A stretch of 64,000 nucleotides of DNA from the IMG/VR virus record IMGVR_UViG_3300028591_000104, positions 1 through 64,000 of that record; one strand, given 5' to 3'. Under the pieces are notes generated by a model. That model did no database searches, was not told the DNA's origin, and saw only the letters and a program-made list of their open reading frames with translations. The DNA is from a virus (lineage: Duplodnaviria > Caudoviricetes). The position numbers and the translations under genes are program-made. Within the stretch, counting starts at the first letter, position 1, and each line of letters opens with the position of its first letter. Of the stretch, positions 30,087 through 39,514 are shown piece after piece.

Positions 30087-30950
30087 ATGGAGAGCAAATT
30101 ATTTAAAGTAGGATGTGACAACTGCGGTGCGGAGTATCGCATTAATTCTCGTGGTGAAATGAATTGTCCTTTTTGCGGCTCTAAGATTTATCTTAATGAC
30201 AAAGACTTTGAAGAGTATCTCAAAGTAAGAGATGAGATGCTTACTAAAGACTGTATTAACAATGATTTAGTTAATACCGATGGAGATGTTTTGGGAATTT
30301 GGCATGGAGAATCGTCAAAGTTTTTTACATCTAAGCATGGTAGAACAATAACCATTAAATATTTTTTCTCTCCTGAAGAAGATGTTTATATTGGCAAAGA
30401 AAAAATAATTTATATTTTAGATAAAAATATTTTCAAACCTGTTGAGGATTTGCTTTTCCCCTCTGCCGATATAAAAAATTTACAGAAGTATTTTCCTACT
30501 ATTGTTAATAAAGTAGACTTAGATGATGGGAGAGTTTTAATCGCACTTGATAAACCAGAGAATGTATATCCGCTGTCTATGTTTAATAACTTAGATGCTA
30601 AGCAGGTAGCTTGGATGATTTCCCGCATGGAAAATCTTGGTTGCGTTTTTGAGTTTAATGAAATTGGTTTTAAAAAGGTAGATATAAATGATTTCTACAT
30701 TAATCCTAAAACGCATGAACTTTATTTCTTGGGAAAGAACTGGAACACTTTTGCGAAAGTTCCAACCAAGAGATACTTAGAAGATATAAGAAAGGTTGCG
30801 GCAGAGGTAGTTAATGACTCCACGGTACCTGAGCTTTGCCGCGAATTTTTGAACACAGCCCCCGAAGCCGATGCTTATTTGGACTTTCACAAGTGGGATA
30901 ATGTGATAGAAAATGGATTTAATGGACATAACTTTCATAAATTTGTTTAA
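30087..30950 (+). CDS. Zn-ribbon plus degenerate protein-kinase-like domain protein
   Basis: CDNC/CPFC; AWMISRMENL..FEFNEI..INPKTHEL pattern. Confidence 0.55.
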   Translation: MESKLFKVGCDNCGAEYRINSRGEMNCPFCGSKIYLNDKDFEEYLKVRDEMLTKDCINNDLVNTDGDVLGIWHGESSKFFTSKHGRTITIKYFFSPEEDVYIGKEKIIYILDKNIFKPVEDLLFPSADIKNLQKYFPTIVNKVDLDDGRVLIALDKPENVYPLSMFNNLDAKQVAWMISRMENLGCVFEFNEIGFKKVDINDFYINPKTHELYFLGKNWNTFAKVPTKRYLEDIRKVAAEVVNDSTVPELCREFLNTAPEADAYLDFHKWDNVIENGFNGHNFHKFV

Positions 30951-31013
30951 TTGTTTTTTAAAATAAAAAGTGTTATAATATATTTATAAAAATAAAGAAA
31001 GGAAAAATAAATT

Positions 31014-31892
31014 ATGGGATGCGGAAGCTATACAGCACATGATTGGGATAAGTTGAAAACATCGAGAGGTATTACTAATAGCTCTAATGAAAGAGAGCTT
31101 TTTACGAATCGTACACTTTTGGATAAGTTTAATCCTTACTATATTAATGTAAGAGAGTCGAGAGATAATGATGAGCACCCTAATTCTACACCAATTGCTA
31201 TTGGACTTGATGTTACGGGTTCTATGGGTTATCTTCCTGCGGAAATTATTAAGAATGGACTCAATGAATTGATGAAGAAGTTGTATGCTTCTCAGGTAAT
31301 TCCTGACCCGCAGCTTATGTTTGCAGCTTGCGGTGACTATTGTGATGATGCTCCTCTTCAGATTACACAGTTTGAATCGGATATTCGTATTGCAGAACAG
31401 CTGATGGAACTCTATCTTGAAGGTGGCGGCTGGGGCAATGGCGGTGAGGATTATCAGTTGTTCTGGTACTTCCTCGGTAAGCATACTGATACCGACTCGA
31501 TGAAGAAGAGAAACAAGAAGGGTTATGCCTTTACTATTGGCGATGAACCTGTGCATAAAGTGATTCATAGAGAAACTTTTAAGAAAGTATTTAATGAGAT
31601 TCATCCTACTATGGATACAGCCGAAGCACAGGCAATTTGTGAAGAGAAGTATAATCTTTTCCATATTAATATAATTAATTGGTATGGTAGCACACATGAA
31701 GTTGTTCCTGGTAAGACTATTCAGATAGACAGAAATGAAGTTACTTACTTGCCTGAGATTATTCTTACAGTTATTTGTAAGATTGAAGGAGTTAACCCGA
31801 CAGAAATCCTTGGTGACCTGGATAAGAATGTAGAAAAAATCGTAAATAGAGCAATAAAAGATATAAACTTTGGAGAAAATATTGAGATATGA
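31014..31892 (+). CDS. vWA-domain protein
   Basis: MIDAS LDVTGSM, GGGWGNGGE, FTIGDE. Confidence 0.8.
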   Translation: MGCGSYTAHDWDKLKTSRGITNSSNERELFTNRTLLDKFNPYYINVRESRDNDEHPNSTPIAIGLDVTGSMGYLPAEIIKNGLNELMKKLYASQVIPDPQLMFAACGDYCDDAPLQITQFESDIRIAEQLMELYLEGGGWGNGGEDYQLFWYFLGKHTDTDSMKKRNKKGYAFTIGDEPVHKVIHRETFKKVFNEIHPTMDTAEAQAICEEKYNLFHINIINWYGSTHEVVPGKTIQIDRNEVTYLPEIILTVICKIEGVNPTEILGDLDKNVEKIVNRAIKDINFGENIEI

Positions 31893-33007
31893 ACATAGCA
31901 GTAATCGGAGCTAATTTTGGTGATGAAGGTAAGGGACTTGCGGTAAACTATTTTACCAAAGAGGGAAAGAATCTGGTTGTGCGCCACAATGGTGGCGCGC
32001 AGTCAGGTCATACCGTAGAAGTGGGAGACAAGAGATTTGTATTTCACGAGCTTGGCTCCGGTTCTTTTAATGACGCTGCTACCTATTGGGATGTTACTTA
32101 TCATCCTGACCTTTATGTTTTTAATAAGGAATTTGATGATTTTTATAATCTCACCAAAAAACATGCAAAGATTTATTGCCACAAAGATACTAAGATTACT
32201 ATAATTGATGATGTTTTTCTTAACTGCTTCAAAGAAACACAGAAGAAGGCAGGAAGCTGCGGTATGGGTATTTGGGAGTGCGTCTGCCGCAACAATGCTG
32301 GATATGGTCTTACAATCCAGGAGGTAAAAGACCTTTCTGTAAGAGAATTATATCATAAGTTGCTTTTCATCAGAACTAATTATACTTTAAAGAGATTAAA
32401 CTATCTTAGAGGAAAGTTTGGAAACAATGAATTTTCTGAAAAGATGAATGATGCTGTATTGTTATATAACTATGCAGTAGCTATTAAGTATAATGTTGAT
32501 TATATAGAGACAATAGAAGCACCTCATTTCCTTTTTGATAAGTTTGATAATGTTATCTTTGAGAATGGTCAGGGGTTGCTCTTAGATGGAGATTATGATG
32601 TAGTTCATGGTACTCCTTCTAAAACAGGTTTGTATAATGTAGTAAATAGCCTCGCGGCCGCCGGTAGAAAACTCGACGAAGCAGTTTATGTTACAAGAAC
32701 TTACTTAACCAGACATGGTAGGGGTGACTTTGTAGTAGAATGTGATAATCTGATTAAAGATGATACAAATATTTATAACGAATGGCAGGAAGGTATTCGT
32801 TATGGGAGATTTGACTCTTTGGATAACCTTAAAGCAAGAGTCAATGAGGATTGCAAGGTAGTTAAACCTCATTTGTTAATTACTCATGCGAATGTTACCG
32901 ACGGTAAAATGCTAACCGCAACCGGAGCAGAAGATATTAAGAATTTAGACTTTGAGAAAATTTATATTTCAGATAACAAGTTTACTGTAAATAAAGTGAT
33001 TGTTTAA
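31889..33007 (+). CDS. purA: adenylosuccinate synthetase-like protein (PurA type, not PurZ)
   Basis: GANFGDEGKG, GGAQSGHT, GSCGMG, FENGQG, TRHG. Confidence 0.8.
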   Translation: MNIAVIGANFGDEGKGLAVNYFTKEGKNLVVRHNGGAQSGHTVEVGDKRFVFHELGSGSFNDAATYWDVTYHPDLYVFNKEFDDFYNLTKKHAKIYCHKDTKITIIDDVFLNCFKETQKKAGSCGMGIWECVCRNNAGYGLTIQEVKDLSVRELYHKLLFIRTNYTLKRLNYLRGKFGNNEFSEKMNDAVLLYNYAVAIKYNVDYIETIEAPHFLFDKFDNVIFENGQGLLLDGDYDVVHGTPSKTGLYNVVNSLAAAGRKLDEAVYVTRTYLTRHGRGDFVVECDNLIKDDTNIYNEWQEGIRYGRFDSLDNLKARVNEDCKVVKPHLLITHANVTDGKMLTATGAEDIKNLDFEKIYISDNKFTVNKVIV

Positions 33008-33086
33008 AAGCAATCACTTTATTGTTTTTTATAAAAAAATATATTATAATATTTATAGAAAATAAGAGAAAAGGAAGTGATAAACT

Positions 33087-33326
33087 ATGCAGTTTTTTGA
33101 ATATTATGTTCTCTACTGGGACGACTTGTCAGAAGAAAATACAGTAGCAAAAGGAATAGTTTTTGCTACTGGCATTACAGAGGCTTATCAGAAGTTAATA
33201 GATTTCTTTGGCGGAGAAAATGAAGATAATATTATAAAGCTTCATATTGATGGGATTGAAAATTTTGAAGGTATAGTACAGACAGAAATTAGAAAGGCAA
33301 AGACAGGAGAAAGGGATAAAGTATAA
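33087..33326 (+). CDS. hypothetical protein, paralog of 42987-43193
   Basis: GI..A....A..KL..FFG motif shared. Confidence 0.65.
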   Translation: MQFFEYYVLYWDDLSEENTVAKGIVFATGITEAYQKLIDFFGGENEDNIIKLHIDGIENFEGIVQTEIRKAKTGERDKV

Positions 33327-33520
33327 TGGAAAGATGGGAACATGATGCATTTCTTGGTTATATGGCTGAGGAATTTCAGAGGTCAACTTTGAGTGGAATA
33401 GTTAATGATATTGAAAATGATATTATCTTCAATGGTTTTGATGAAGATGATGTTGTTGAGAAGTACGGCCCCAGGATTGGCGAAGAAAATGCAAGAAAAA
33501 TTTTTGGTCAACTTAGTTAA
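33326..33520 (+). CDS. hypothetical protein
   Basis: TAATG coupling. Confidence 0.55.
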   Translation: MERWEHDAFLGYMAEEFQRSTLSGIVNDIENDIIFNGFDEDDVVEKYGPRIGEENARKIFGQLS

Positions 33521-33570
33521 ATCGTATTATCCTTTTTTGGATAATACATAACAAAGAAGGAGTAATAATA

Positions 33571-33789
33571 ATGATAAGACTTTATATAAATGAAGGTTAT
33601 GATACTAAGAATAAGCAACTTATTGGGGAGTTTTCTACTAATCGGGAAGTAGCAATAGCTAAGGCGCAGTGGCTGGAAGAGAATGGATTAAAGAGAGCAC
33701 CTTTTTCTCGCTGTTGGCAGACATCTGATGGTGAAATATTTGAAGATTTTGGCTCGTGGCGTTGGTTCTTCATTACAAAAGAGGTATAA
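33571..33789 (+). CDS. hypothetical protein
   Basis: AAGGAG RBS. Confidence 0.65.
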   Translation: MIRLYINEGYDTKNKQLIGEFSTNREVAIAKAQWLEENGLKRAPFSRCWQTSDGEIFEDFGSWRWFFITKEV

Positions 33790-33851
33790 TTCGCTTTTTT
33801 AAAATTTTTATGTTATAATATTTATGTAAAAAAGATAAGGAAGTGATAAAA

Positions 33852-34076
33852 ATGAAGTTGAAGAAAATAATGAAGATACTCCCTGAATGGGAAACAATTA
33901 GAGTCTGGGGTAATGATGAGAAGGAATATCTTTATCATGGTCTTGTTAGAGATTTGCCCAAGAGGCTAGAAAATCTGAAGATGACCACTAACTCTGAAGG
34001 TAACTCTTACTTCGATATTAGATATAATTGCTCTGATGTTGAAGACCATGTTGCAATCTTTGTTGAAGAGGAGTAA
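33852..34076 (+). CDS. hypothetical protein
   Basis: Promoter and RBS. Confidence 0.65.
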   Translation: MKLKKIMKILPEWETIRVWGNDEKEYLYHGLVRDLPKRLENLKMTTNSEGNSYFDIRYNCSDVEDHVAIFVEEE

Positions 34077-34587
34077 AAATGAAGACTTTAATGATAAATG
34101 GACAAGAAATAAAAGTTGTCTATCCAGAAGAGGTAGATAAGTTTCTTACTCCAGAAGATAAGGAAATGGACGCGCGCTGCCGTGCCGCCGTGGAAGAAGC
34201 TATCAGAAAAAATGAGTTTTTTAATAGCTTAAATAAAAAGAAGAACATAAATTGAATTATAAAAAATTTTATGTTATAATATATATGTAAGAAAGTGAGG
34301 GAAGAAAAAACCAATACCTTTCTAGTCCTTCTATCAAGATTCTAAAGGTCGTGGACGATAAATAAGCCAGCATCTTGGACTCGTCTATTCCAGTAATAAC
34401 TTCATTTGCGAGTATAAATAATTTATGAAGATTACTCTTTTAGAGATGGGTTGGCGCAGTATGTAGGTGTACGCAGTATAAATCCTTAACATAAAAGCTC
34501 TACGGCGTTAAGGTACCTCTGCATAATGATTACCCGTAGCAAGAGGTGGACAGATATCCACAACTCTTCCCCATCTTTTTTAAGTAT

Positions 34588-34661
34588 GTGGGTATCGTAT
34601 AACGGTAGTACTACAGTCTTCCAAACTGTAAGTGAGGGTTCAATCCCCTCTACTCACTCCA
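34588..34661 (+). tRNA. tRNA-Gly(UCC)
   Basis: Cloverleaf, loop CT-TCC-AA, U73, CCA. Confidence 0.9.
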
Positions 34662-34755
34662 TTAGAGACGTTTATTTAGAAGGGTTTTCATTTGCGTCTT
34701 TAAATAATTTATGAAACTCTTTCCCAAACTCCGAGAGCTAACGGCTAACACTTAG

Positions 34756-35142
34756 GGTGGTCTTAAGGCGGGACAGGTTGAGTTAGCAGGAGTATAATTA
34801 CCCGAAGTTAAAAACATCATAGGCAAGATGGACTCAAATCAACCGGTTAATGGTTTGAGAGATCTCCACCTGAAGGACCAGGTCTAGGCAGACAGTATTG
34901 CCCTAGATACAACAGTACCCGATTGCATGCCCGAATTTCGACCATAGTGTGGGAGTCGTAGAACGGAGTGAAGCTGAAGGTTTTTAGCGATTTTAGTTTA
35001 ATGGTTGTTATGAGGCTAGAAAGCAGCATCAGGGTAGCTGTAGGCAGGTAGACGAAAGTGATAGCCTTTAACCGATTACAAATAACGGGAAGTCTCAAAT
35101 GAGATTGGGGTTCAATTCCCCCTAGCCTTGTAAGAGCCATTA
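34756..35142 (+). ncRNA. candidate large structured RNA ending in a tRNA-like T-arm/acceptor domain (35009-35132)
   Basis: TATGAGGCTAG/CTAGCCTTGTA stem, TCTCA-AA-TGAGA hairpin, GGGG-TTCAATT-CCCC. Confidence 0.5.
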
Positions 35143-35203
35143 AACCCCCTCGGTGGTCTGTAACCGGGGTGTGCGGTAAACGTAAGGTTTAAGGCTTTTA
35201 TAT

Positions 35204-35278
35204 GGCGCGTTGGACAACCGGTCAAGTCACCACCCCTTCACGGTGGAGAAAAGGGTTCAACTCCCTTACGCGCTACCA
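35204..35278 (+). tRNA. tRNA-Glu(UUC), C33
   Basis: Cloverleaf, loop CC-TTC-AC, CCA. Confidence 0.85.
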
Positions 35279-35359
35279 CGAACCTACGAAGAATGAAAAA
35301 GATTTAATTCGCTTTTTATAAAAATTTATATTATAATATATATGTAAAAAGTGAGAAAT

Positions 35360-35434
35360 GCCTATCTAGTTCAATGGCAGAATGCGACACCCTTAATGTC
35401 GGAGATATGGGTTCGACCCCCATGGTAGGTACCA
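35360..35434 (+). tRNA. tRNA-Lys(CUU), C33
   Basis: Cloverleaf, loop CC-CTT-AA, CCA. Confidence 0.8.
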
Positions 35435-35439
35435 AATAT

Positions 35440-35514
35440 GGCGAATTAGTTTAATTAGTAAAACGAGAGATTTGTAACCTTTTGACCTCGGAGCATAACC
35501 GGGATTCGCCTCCA
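35440..35514 (+). tRNA. tRNA-Thr(UGU), atypical T-loop
   Basis: Loop TT-TGT-AA, T-loop AGCATAA, CCA. Confidence 0.7.
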
Positions 35515-35561
35515 CCTCCCCTTTGCGGCTTTCAGGAGGTTAAACTAAAGTCGCTTGATAT

Positions 35562-35635
35562 TCCCCTGTCATTTAAAGGTAGGATAGGTGACTGTTAATC
35601 ATTCAATGGAGGTTCGATTCCTCCCGGGGGAGCCA
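35562..35635 (+). tRNA. tRNA-Asn(GUU)
   Basis: Loop CT-GTT-AA, G73, CCA. Confidence 0.9.
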
Positions 35636-35755
35636 AGGAAGTGACGATTAAATAATGCAGAAAAGGAATAAGTCCTTTGTATAGACAGTGGAAAATTCCA
35701 TCGTCTTAGTTATCAGTTCAGATGCCGTAGGTCGCGGTGCATTAGCTGACTTTAT

Positions 35756-35829
35756 GTGGATATAGTATAGTGGCAGTACGCCTGCTTGCCAAGCAGGGAG
35801 CACGGGTTCAATGCCCGTTATCCACTCCA
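35756..35829 (+). tRNA. tRNA-Gly(GCC)
   Basis: Loop TT-GCC-AA, U73, CCA. Confidence 0.9.
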
Positions 35830-35833
35830 ATAT

Positions 35834-35908
35834 ATCAGTATAGTGCTAGTGGTAACACAGCGGTCTCCAAAACCGAAATCGGGGGTTCGATTCCTCCTGC
35901 TGGTGCCA
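35834..35908 (+). tRNA. tRNA-Trp(CCA)
   Basis: Loop CT-CCA-AA, G73, CCA. Confidence 0.85.
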
Positions 35909-36086
35909 GCCCAAAGTAGCTTATGGGTTCAAGTGTTTTAGAGGTTTCGACTTACAACCTCTTGGGTGAAGGAGTTAATAACTGTTGCTACGCAGAAAAA
36001 CGCTCCCGACTTATACATGAGGTTTGTATCTTTGAACTATTGGCAATAGTCGTTAAACTGAGGCAAAGGGAAAGATACTATTATAT

Positions 36087-36161
36087 GGCTCTATGGTATA
36101 ATGGCTATTATGACGGATTGTCTCTCCGTAGATCGGGGTTCAATTCCCCGTAGAGTCGCCA
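36087..36161 (+). tRNA. tRNA-Asp(GUC)
   Basis: Loop TT-GTC-TC, G73, CCA. Confidence 0.85.
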
Positions 36162-36164
36162 CAC

Positions 36165-36239
36165 GCCCCTATCGTCTAGTGAATAGGACACGACTCTTCT
36201 AAAGTCGTAACCTAGGTTTAAATCCTAGTGGGGGTGCCA
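36165..36239 (+). tRNA. tRNA-Arg(UCU)
   Basis: Loop CT-TCT-AA, CCA. Confidence 0.9.
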
Positions 36240-36366
36240 AAGAAGGATTAGTTCGTTCTGGTTCGTACTAATTTAAATGATAGACCAACGGAAGACAATA
36301 AGGGACCCTTTAACCATGTCTTGACGCTTGAACCTTCTATATTTTATAAAAGAGCAGGTACAATTT

Positions 36367-36771
36367 ATGTTAATAGAAAACAATAAACAAAAAGGAAATG
36401 CTGGATTGGCATTAGGAATAGCTTAGTTTGGTGCTAATGGTTATACAGTTTCTTTACCTCTTAATGATACTCAATGGTATGATTTTATTGTTGAAAAAGA
36501 TGGTATTTTTCAAACTGTTCAATGTAAGTTTACTGACTCTAAAGATAATAGAATTAGTTTAAGATCTACTGGAGGAACTAATGGTAAAGTATATGACAGA
36601 GTAATTGATCATCCAATAGATTTGTTATTTTGTTCTAATGCAAATAATATGTGGGTTATTCCAATGGAAGAATTAAGATTACAAGGAAATGTTAGTTCTA
36701 TAGCTTTAAGAACAGAATTAAATTCTAATAATCAAGGTTTTGAAACTTGTAAATATTTAGTAAAAATTTAA
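36367..36771 (+). CDS. PD-(D/E)XK homing endonuclease (I-Ssp6803I-like), TAG at 36424
   Basis: KGNAG..GIA*FGANGYTVSLPLND..WYD..VQCK; absent from the ORF track because of the TAG. Confidence 0.8.
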
Positions 36772-36774
36772 AAT

Positions 36775-36860
36775 GGAAGAGTAAACCGTAATTGGTAGCG
36801 GGCGTGGCTGTAGACCACGTGTCAGTGACTCTGGGGGTTCAAGTCCCTCCTCTTCCACCA
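36775..36860 (+). tRNA. tRNA-Tyr(GUA)
   Basis: Loop CT-GTA-GA, long variable arm, G1-C72, A73, CCA. Confidence 0.85.
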
Positions 36861-36865
36861 TTTAT

Positions 36866-37418
36866 CGAAGCATCTTCTAATGGTTAGGAAACTTGTCTGA
36901 TTTGAAGAATTAATCATTAATTTTAAACTATGTTAAATACAAAACAGCGTGGAAACATAACAGAATTACAATGTATGTTAGCATTTTTAAAATTAGGATA
37001 CAATGTATTAACTCCTTAGGGTGATTGCGAACGATATGATTTTGTAGTAGATATAAAAGGTAATTTTTATAGAATACAAGTTAAATCGGCGAATGCAAAC
37101 CACCTAGAAGAAGGATATATAGTATTTAATACTTCTAATAAAACTACTAGGGGAGGAACTTTTGTTCGTCATCCATACACAAAAGATGAAATTGATTATT
37201 TCGCAACATTTTTTAATGAGCAATGTTATTTAGTACCAGTGAATGAATGTAGTATTTTTGAAAAAAGATTACGATTTACTCCTCCAAAAAATGGACATAC
37301 TAAAGGAATAACATTTGCTACTGAATATGAATTAGAAAAGGTGGTGAAAAAAATAATTAATGAATAACATCTTTGAATCAAGCAAGTAATGGTAGTTCGA
37401 TTCTATCTGCTTCGACCA
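36866..37418 (+). tRNA. split tRNA-Ile(GAU): exons 36866-36901 and 37380-37418 with a 478-nt insertion
   Basis: Joined halves give CGAAGCA/TGCTTCG acceptor, CTTGT-CTGATAA-GCAAG anticodon arm, T-arm and ACCA. Confidence 0.8.
36930..37367 (+). CDS. PD-(D/E)XK homing endonuclease inside the tRNA-Ile insertion, TAG at 37017
   Basis: KQRGNITE..LGYNVLTP*GDCERYDFVVD..RIQVKS..EIDYF. Confidence 0.85.
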
Positions 37419-37640
37419 ATGCTCTGGCGCTAGGTCTAAGAGGATAAATTATTTATCTAGCTAACTGCGGGGAAGGAAGTTAAACCGACGAAGAGACTGC
37501 GAGGGTTTACTAGGTCGCGTTGAGGCAGTAATGCCAATAGTGGGTAAGCACCAGGGATGGAAACGCAGAGAGTTCCGAAAAACCTAGTTTTTATTTAGTT
37601 CCTAACCAAATATCCAGAGTATTTTCTTAACAGCCCGTCT

Positions 37641-37969
37641 GGAGGCGTAGGTTATTGAAAGCACCGCAGTGGATTGACGCTGCTAAGACCAGACAGCTGG
37701 CGAATGAGTATTCCTGAATTGCCAGGAAGGTGTGCACCGCACTGGGCCTGCGGGTCCACCCACCTCATACTTGCGGGAGATATAAATGAGACAGAGGGAA
37801 CTCCAGTGATAGATTCGCTGCGCGCGGAGGTTGTGCTCCGCTGAGGGAAGTAGGCCCCTGACACAAGCACTGACCAAGGTAGTAACAGTCCTTGGTAAAC
37901 TGGCAAGCCGATATGCGTCCAGTGCTTTTAATCTCAAAGTGAGAGCGTGGTTCGAGTCCACCTACCTCC
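37641..37969 (+). ncRNA. candidate large structured RNA related to the 35009-35132 element
   Basis: GGAGGCGTAGG/CCTACCTCC closing stem, GAAAGCA, TCTCA-AAG-TGAGA, GTGG-TTCGAGT-CCAC; may extend upstream to about 37420. Confidence 0.55.
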
Positions 37970-38011
37970 CTTAACCGGGGGGTGCAGGTGCAATACCTTT
38001 GAGATTATTAT

Positions 38012-38095
38012 ACCCGAGTGGTGGAAGTGGTAGACACGCTAGTCTTAGAATCTAGTGCCTTGTGCGTAAGAGTTCGAATCTCTTCTTGGGTACCA
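38012..38095 (+). tRNA. tRNA-Leu(UAG)
   Basis: Loop CT-TAG-AA, variable arm, A73, CCA. Confidence 0.9.
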
Positions 38096-38102
38096 TTTAT
38101 AT

Positions 38103-38178
38103 TGGAGGCTACCCAAGCGGTTATGGGGCTGTTCTTATAAAGCAGTTGCGGTGAGTTCGACTCTCACGCCTCCGACCA
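38103..38178 (+). tRNA. tRNA-Ile(UAU)
   Basis: Loop CT-TAT-AA, A73, CCA. Confidence 0.8.
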
Positions 38179-38331
38179 CGCTCATATTGATGAGCCTAAA
38201 ATAGGAATTTATGGGGATTGTCAAGTCAATCGGGATTTAATGGCAAAACTTTATTTGCTCGTAACTGTAGAGGTCATTGGTCCCAAGCATAGGAGCACCT
38301 AAATTAGAAGATTACAACTTACTATTAAAAT

Positions 38332-38407
38332 GCTTAGATAGCTCAGTAGGTAGAGCGAGGGACTGAAAATCCCTGCGTCAGTGGTTCAATTCCGCTTCTA
38401 AGCACCA
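38332..38407 (+). tRNA. tRNA-Phe(GAA)
   Basis: Canonical cloverleaf. Confidence 0.92.
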
Positions 38408-38415
38408 ATTATTAT

Positions 38416-38494
38416 GGGGATTGGGACTGCTTGGAGTGGTCACCTGCCTTGCAAGCAGGATAGCAGACGGGGTCGGTGCCCGTAATCTCCACCA
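38416..38494 (+). tRNA. tRNA-Ala(UGC)
   Basis: Loop CT-TGC-AA, G3-U70, atypical T-loop. Confidence 0.8.
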
Positions 38495-38497
38495 TAT

Positions 38498-38571
38498 GCC
38501 CGGTTAGTTTAATAGGAGAATCCCTCTCTTACAAAGAGGAGGAGAAGGAGCGTAACCTTCACTGGGTACCA
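38498..38571 (+). tRNA. tRNA-Val(UAC), atypical T-loop
   Basis: Loop CT-TAC-AA, T-loop AGCGTAA, CCA. Confidence 0.8.
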
Positions 38572-38574
38572 TAT

Positions 38575-38651
38575 GTCTGGCTGATGGAATTGGTATACGT
38601 ACTCGGCTCAAACCCGAGGTTATCTGGGTTCGAATCCCAGGCTAGACACCA
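38575..38651 (+). tRNA. tRNA-Leu(CAA) lacking the long variable arm
   Basis: Loop CT-CAA-AC, 5-nt variable loop, A73, CCA. Confidence 0.85.
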
Positions 38652-38657
38652 TTATAT

Positions 38658-38732
38658 GCTCGCATAGGCTAATGGAGAGACCTCCTGGCTACGAACCAGG
38701 CAGTGAAGGTTCGAGTCCTTCTGTGAGTACCA
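38658..38732 (+). tRNA. tRNA-Arg(ACG)
   Basis: Loop CT-ACG-AA, CCA. Confidence 0.88.
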
Positions 38733-38736
38733 ATAT

Positions 38737-38896
38737 CATCGGTGGCGGAATAGGTAGACGCTATTGGCTTGGGAAGTAGATTATGTCTGAGGCTCACTGC
38801 CTCCTCAGTGCAGACCGAGATGAAGATGTATTCATATCTGCACGGGCTGAAGATTGAAAACGCATAGTTATGTAAGGTGCAAATCCTTACCCGATG
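38737..38896 (+). ncRNA. tRNA-like RNA with expanded anticodon region, copy 1
   Basis: CATCGG-TGGCGGAATAGGTAGACGC...GTAAGG-TGCAAAT-CCTTAC-CCGATG followed by a T-run. Confidence 0.65.
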
Positions 38897-38981
38897 TTTT
38901 TATAAAAAAATTAAATTTATAGGCTTAGGTAAGAGGACCTTGTAAGTAGTTGATAGTGGAACAATAACCTAATTTTAATAT

Positions 38982-39351
38982 GGGGGTGTAATAGGTTTCG
39001 ACAGGGTTAAAAAGTTTAGATAAGCGAACAGAGGATTCTCGTTGTGCCTCTATAAAAAACGAGAACTTTTAAATATAATCGCTAATGATTACGCTTTAGC
39101 AGCCTGATAATGCTGCCGTTTACTTTATTTAATCTGTAAGATAAGGTAAATGTACGGTTTCAGACCTTGATTATTAGAGGTGAAATAATCAAAACTTATT
39201 TTAGTGGTTCGGCTAAGATATTTTATTCAGAACTCCTTGATTATTAATTTGCCAATAGAGGAATAATTAAAGGATAAATAAATATTGGCTATGTTCGTAG
39301 AAAGTCTAAGGTTTTTAGTTTTGGACAGGGGTTCGACTCCCCTCACTTCCA
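38982..39351 (+). ncRNA. ssrA: tmRNA, tag (A)ANDYALAA
   Basis: GGGGGTG..TTCGAC 5' end, G3-U70, 3' T-arm, tag ORF ending YALAA-TGA-TAA. Confidence 0.92.
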
Positions 39352-39514
39352 ATCTGACATAACAAAACCCTCCACGTGGGGTCAGATGGGCAACATATTA
39401 TTTATGGCTAATTTTGTTAAATTTTATAATTGAGTTCGAAGAATGAACTCTGACCCACAAAATTCATTGGTCAATTTTTTATAATTTATCTATTAAATTT
39501 TTGAAGTATAATAA

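Noticed and set aside
31889-33007. PurZ / Z-genome pathway
   Set aside because: The catalytic Asp in GDEGKG is retained (PurZ has Ser there), and no DatZ or MazZ neighbour is recognisable.
36897-37381. Archaeal BHB intron or group I intron in tRNA-Ile
   Set aside because: No 3-4-3 bulge-helix-bulge geometry, no terminal G and no space for P3-P7 outside the ORF.
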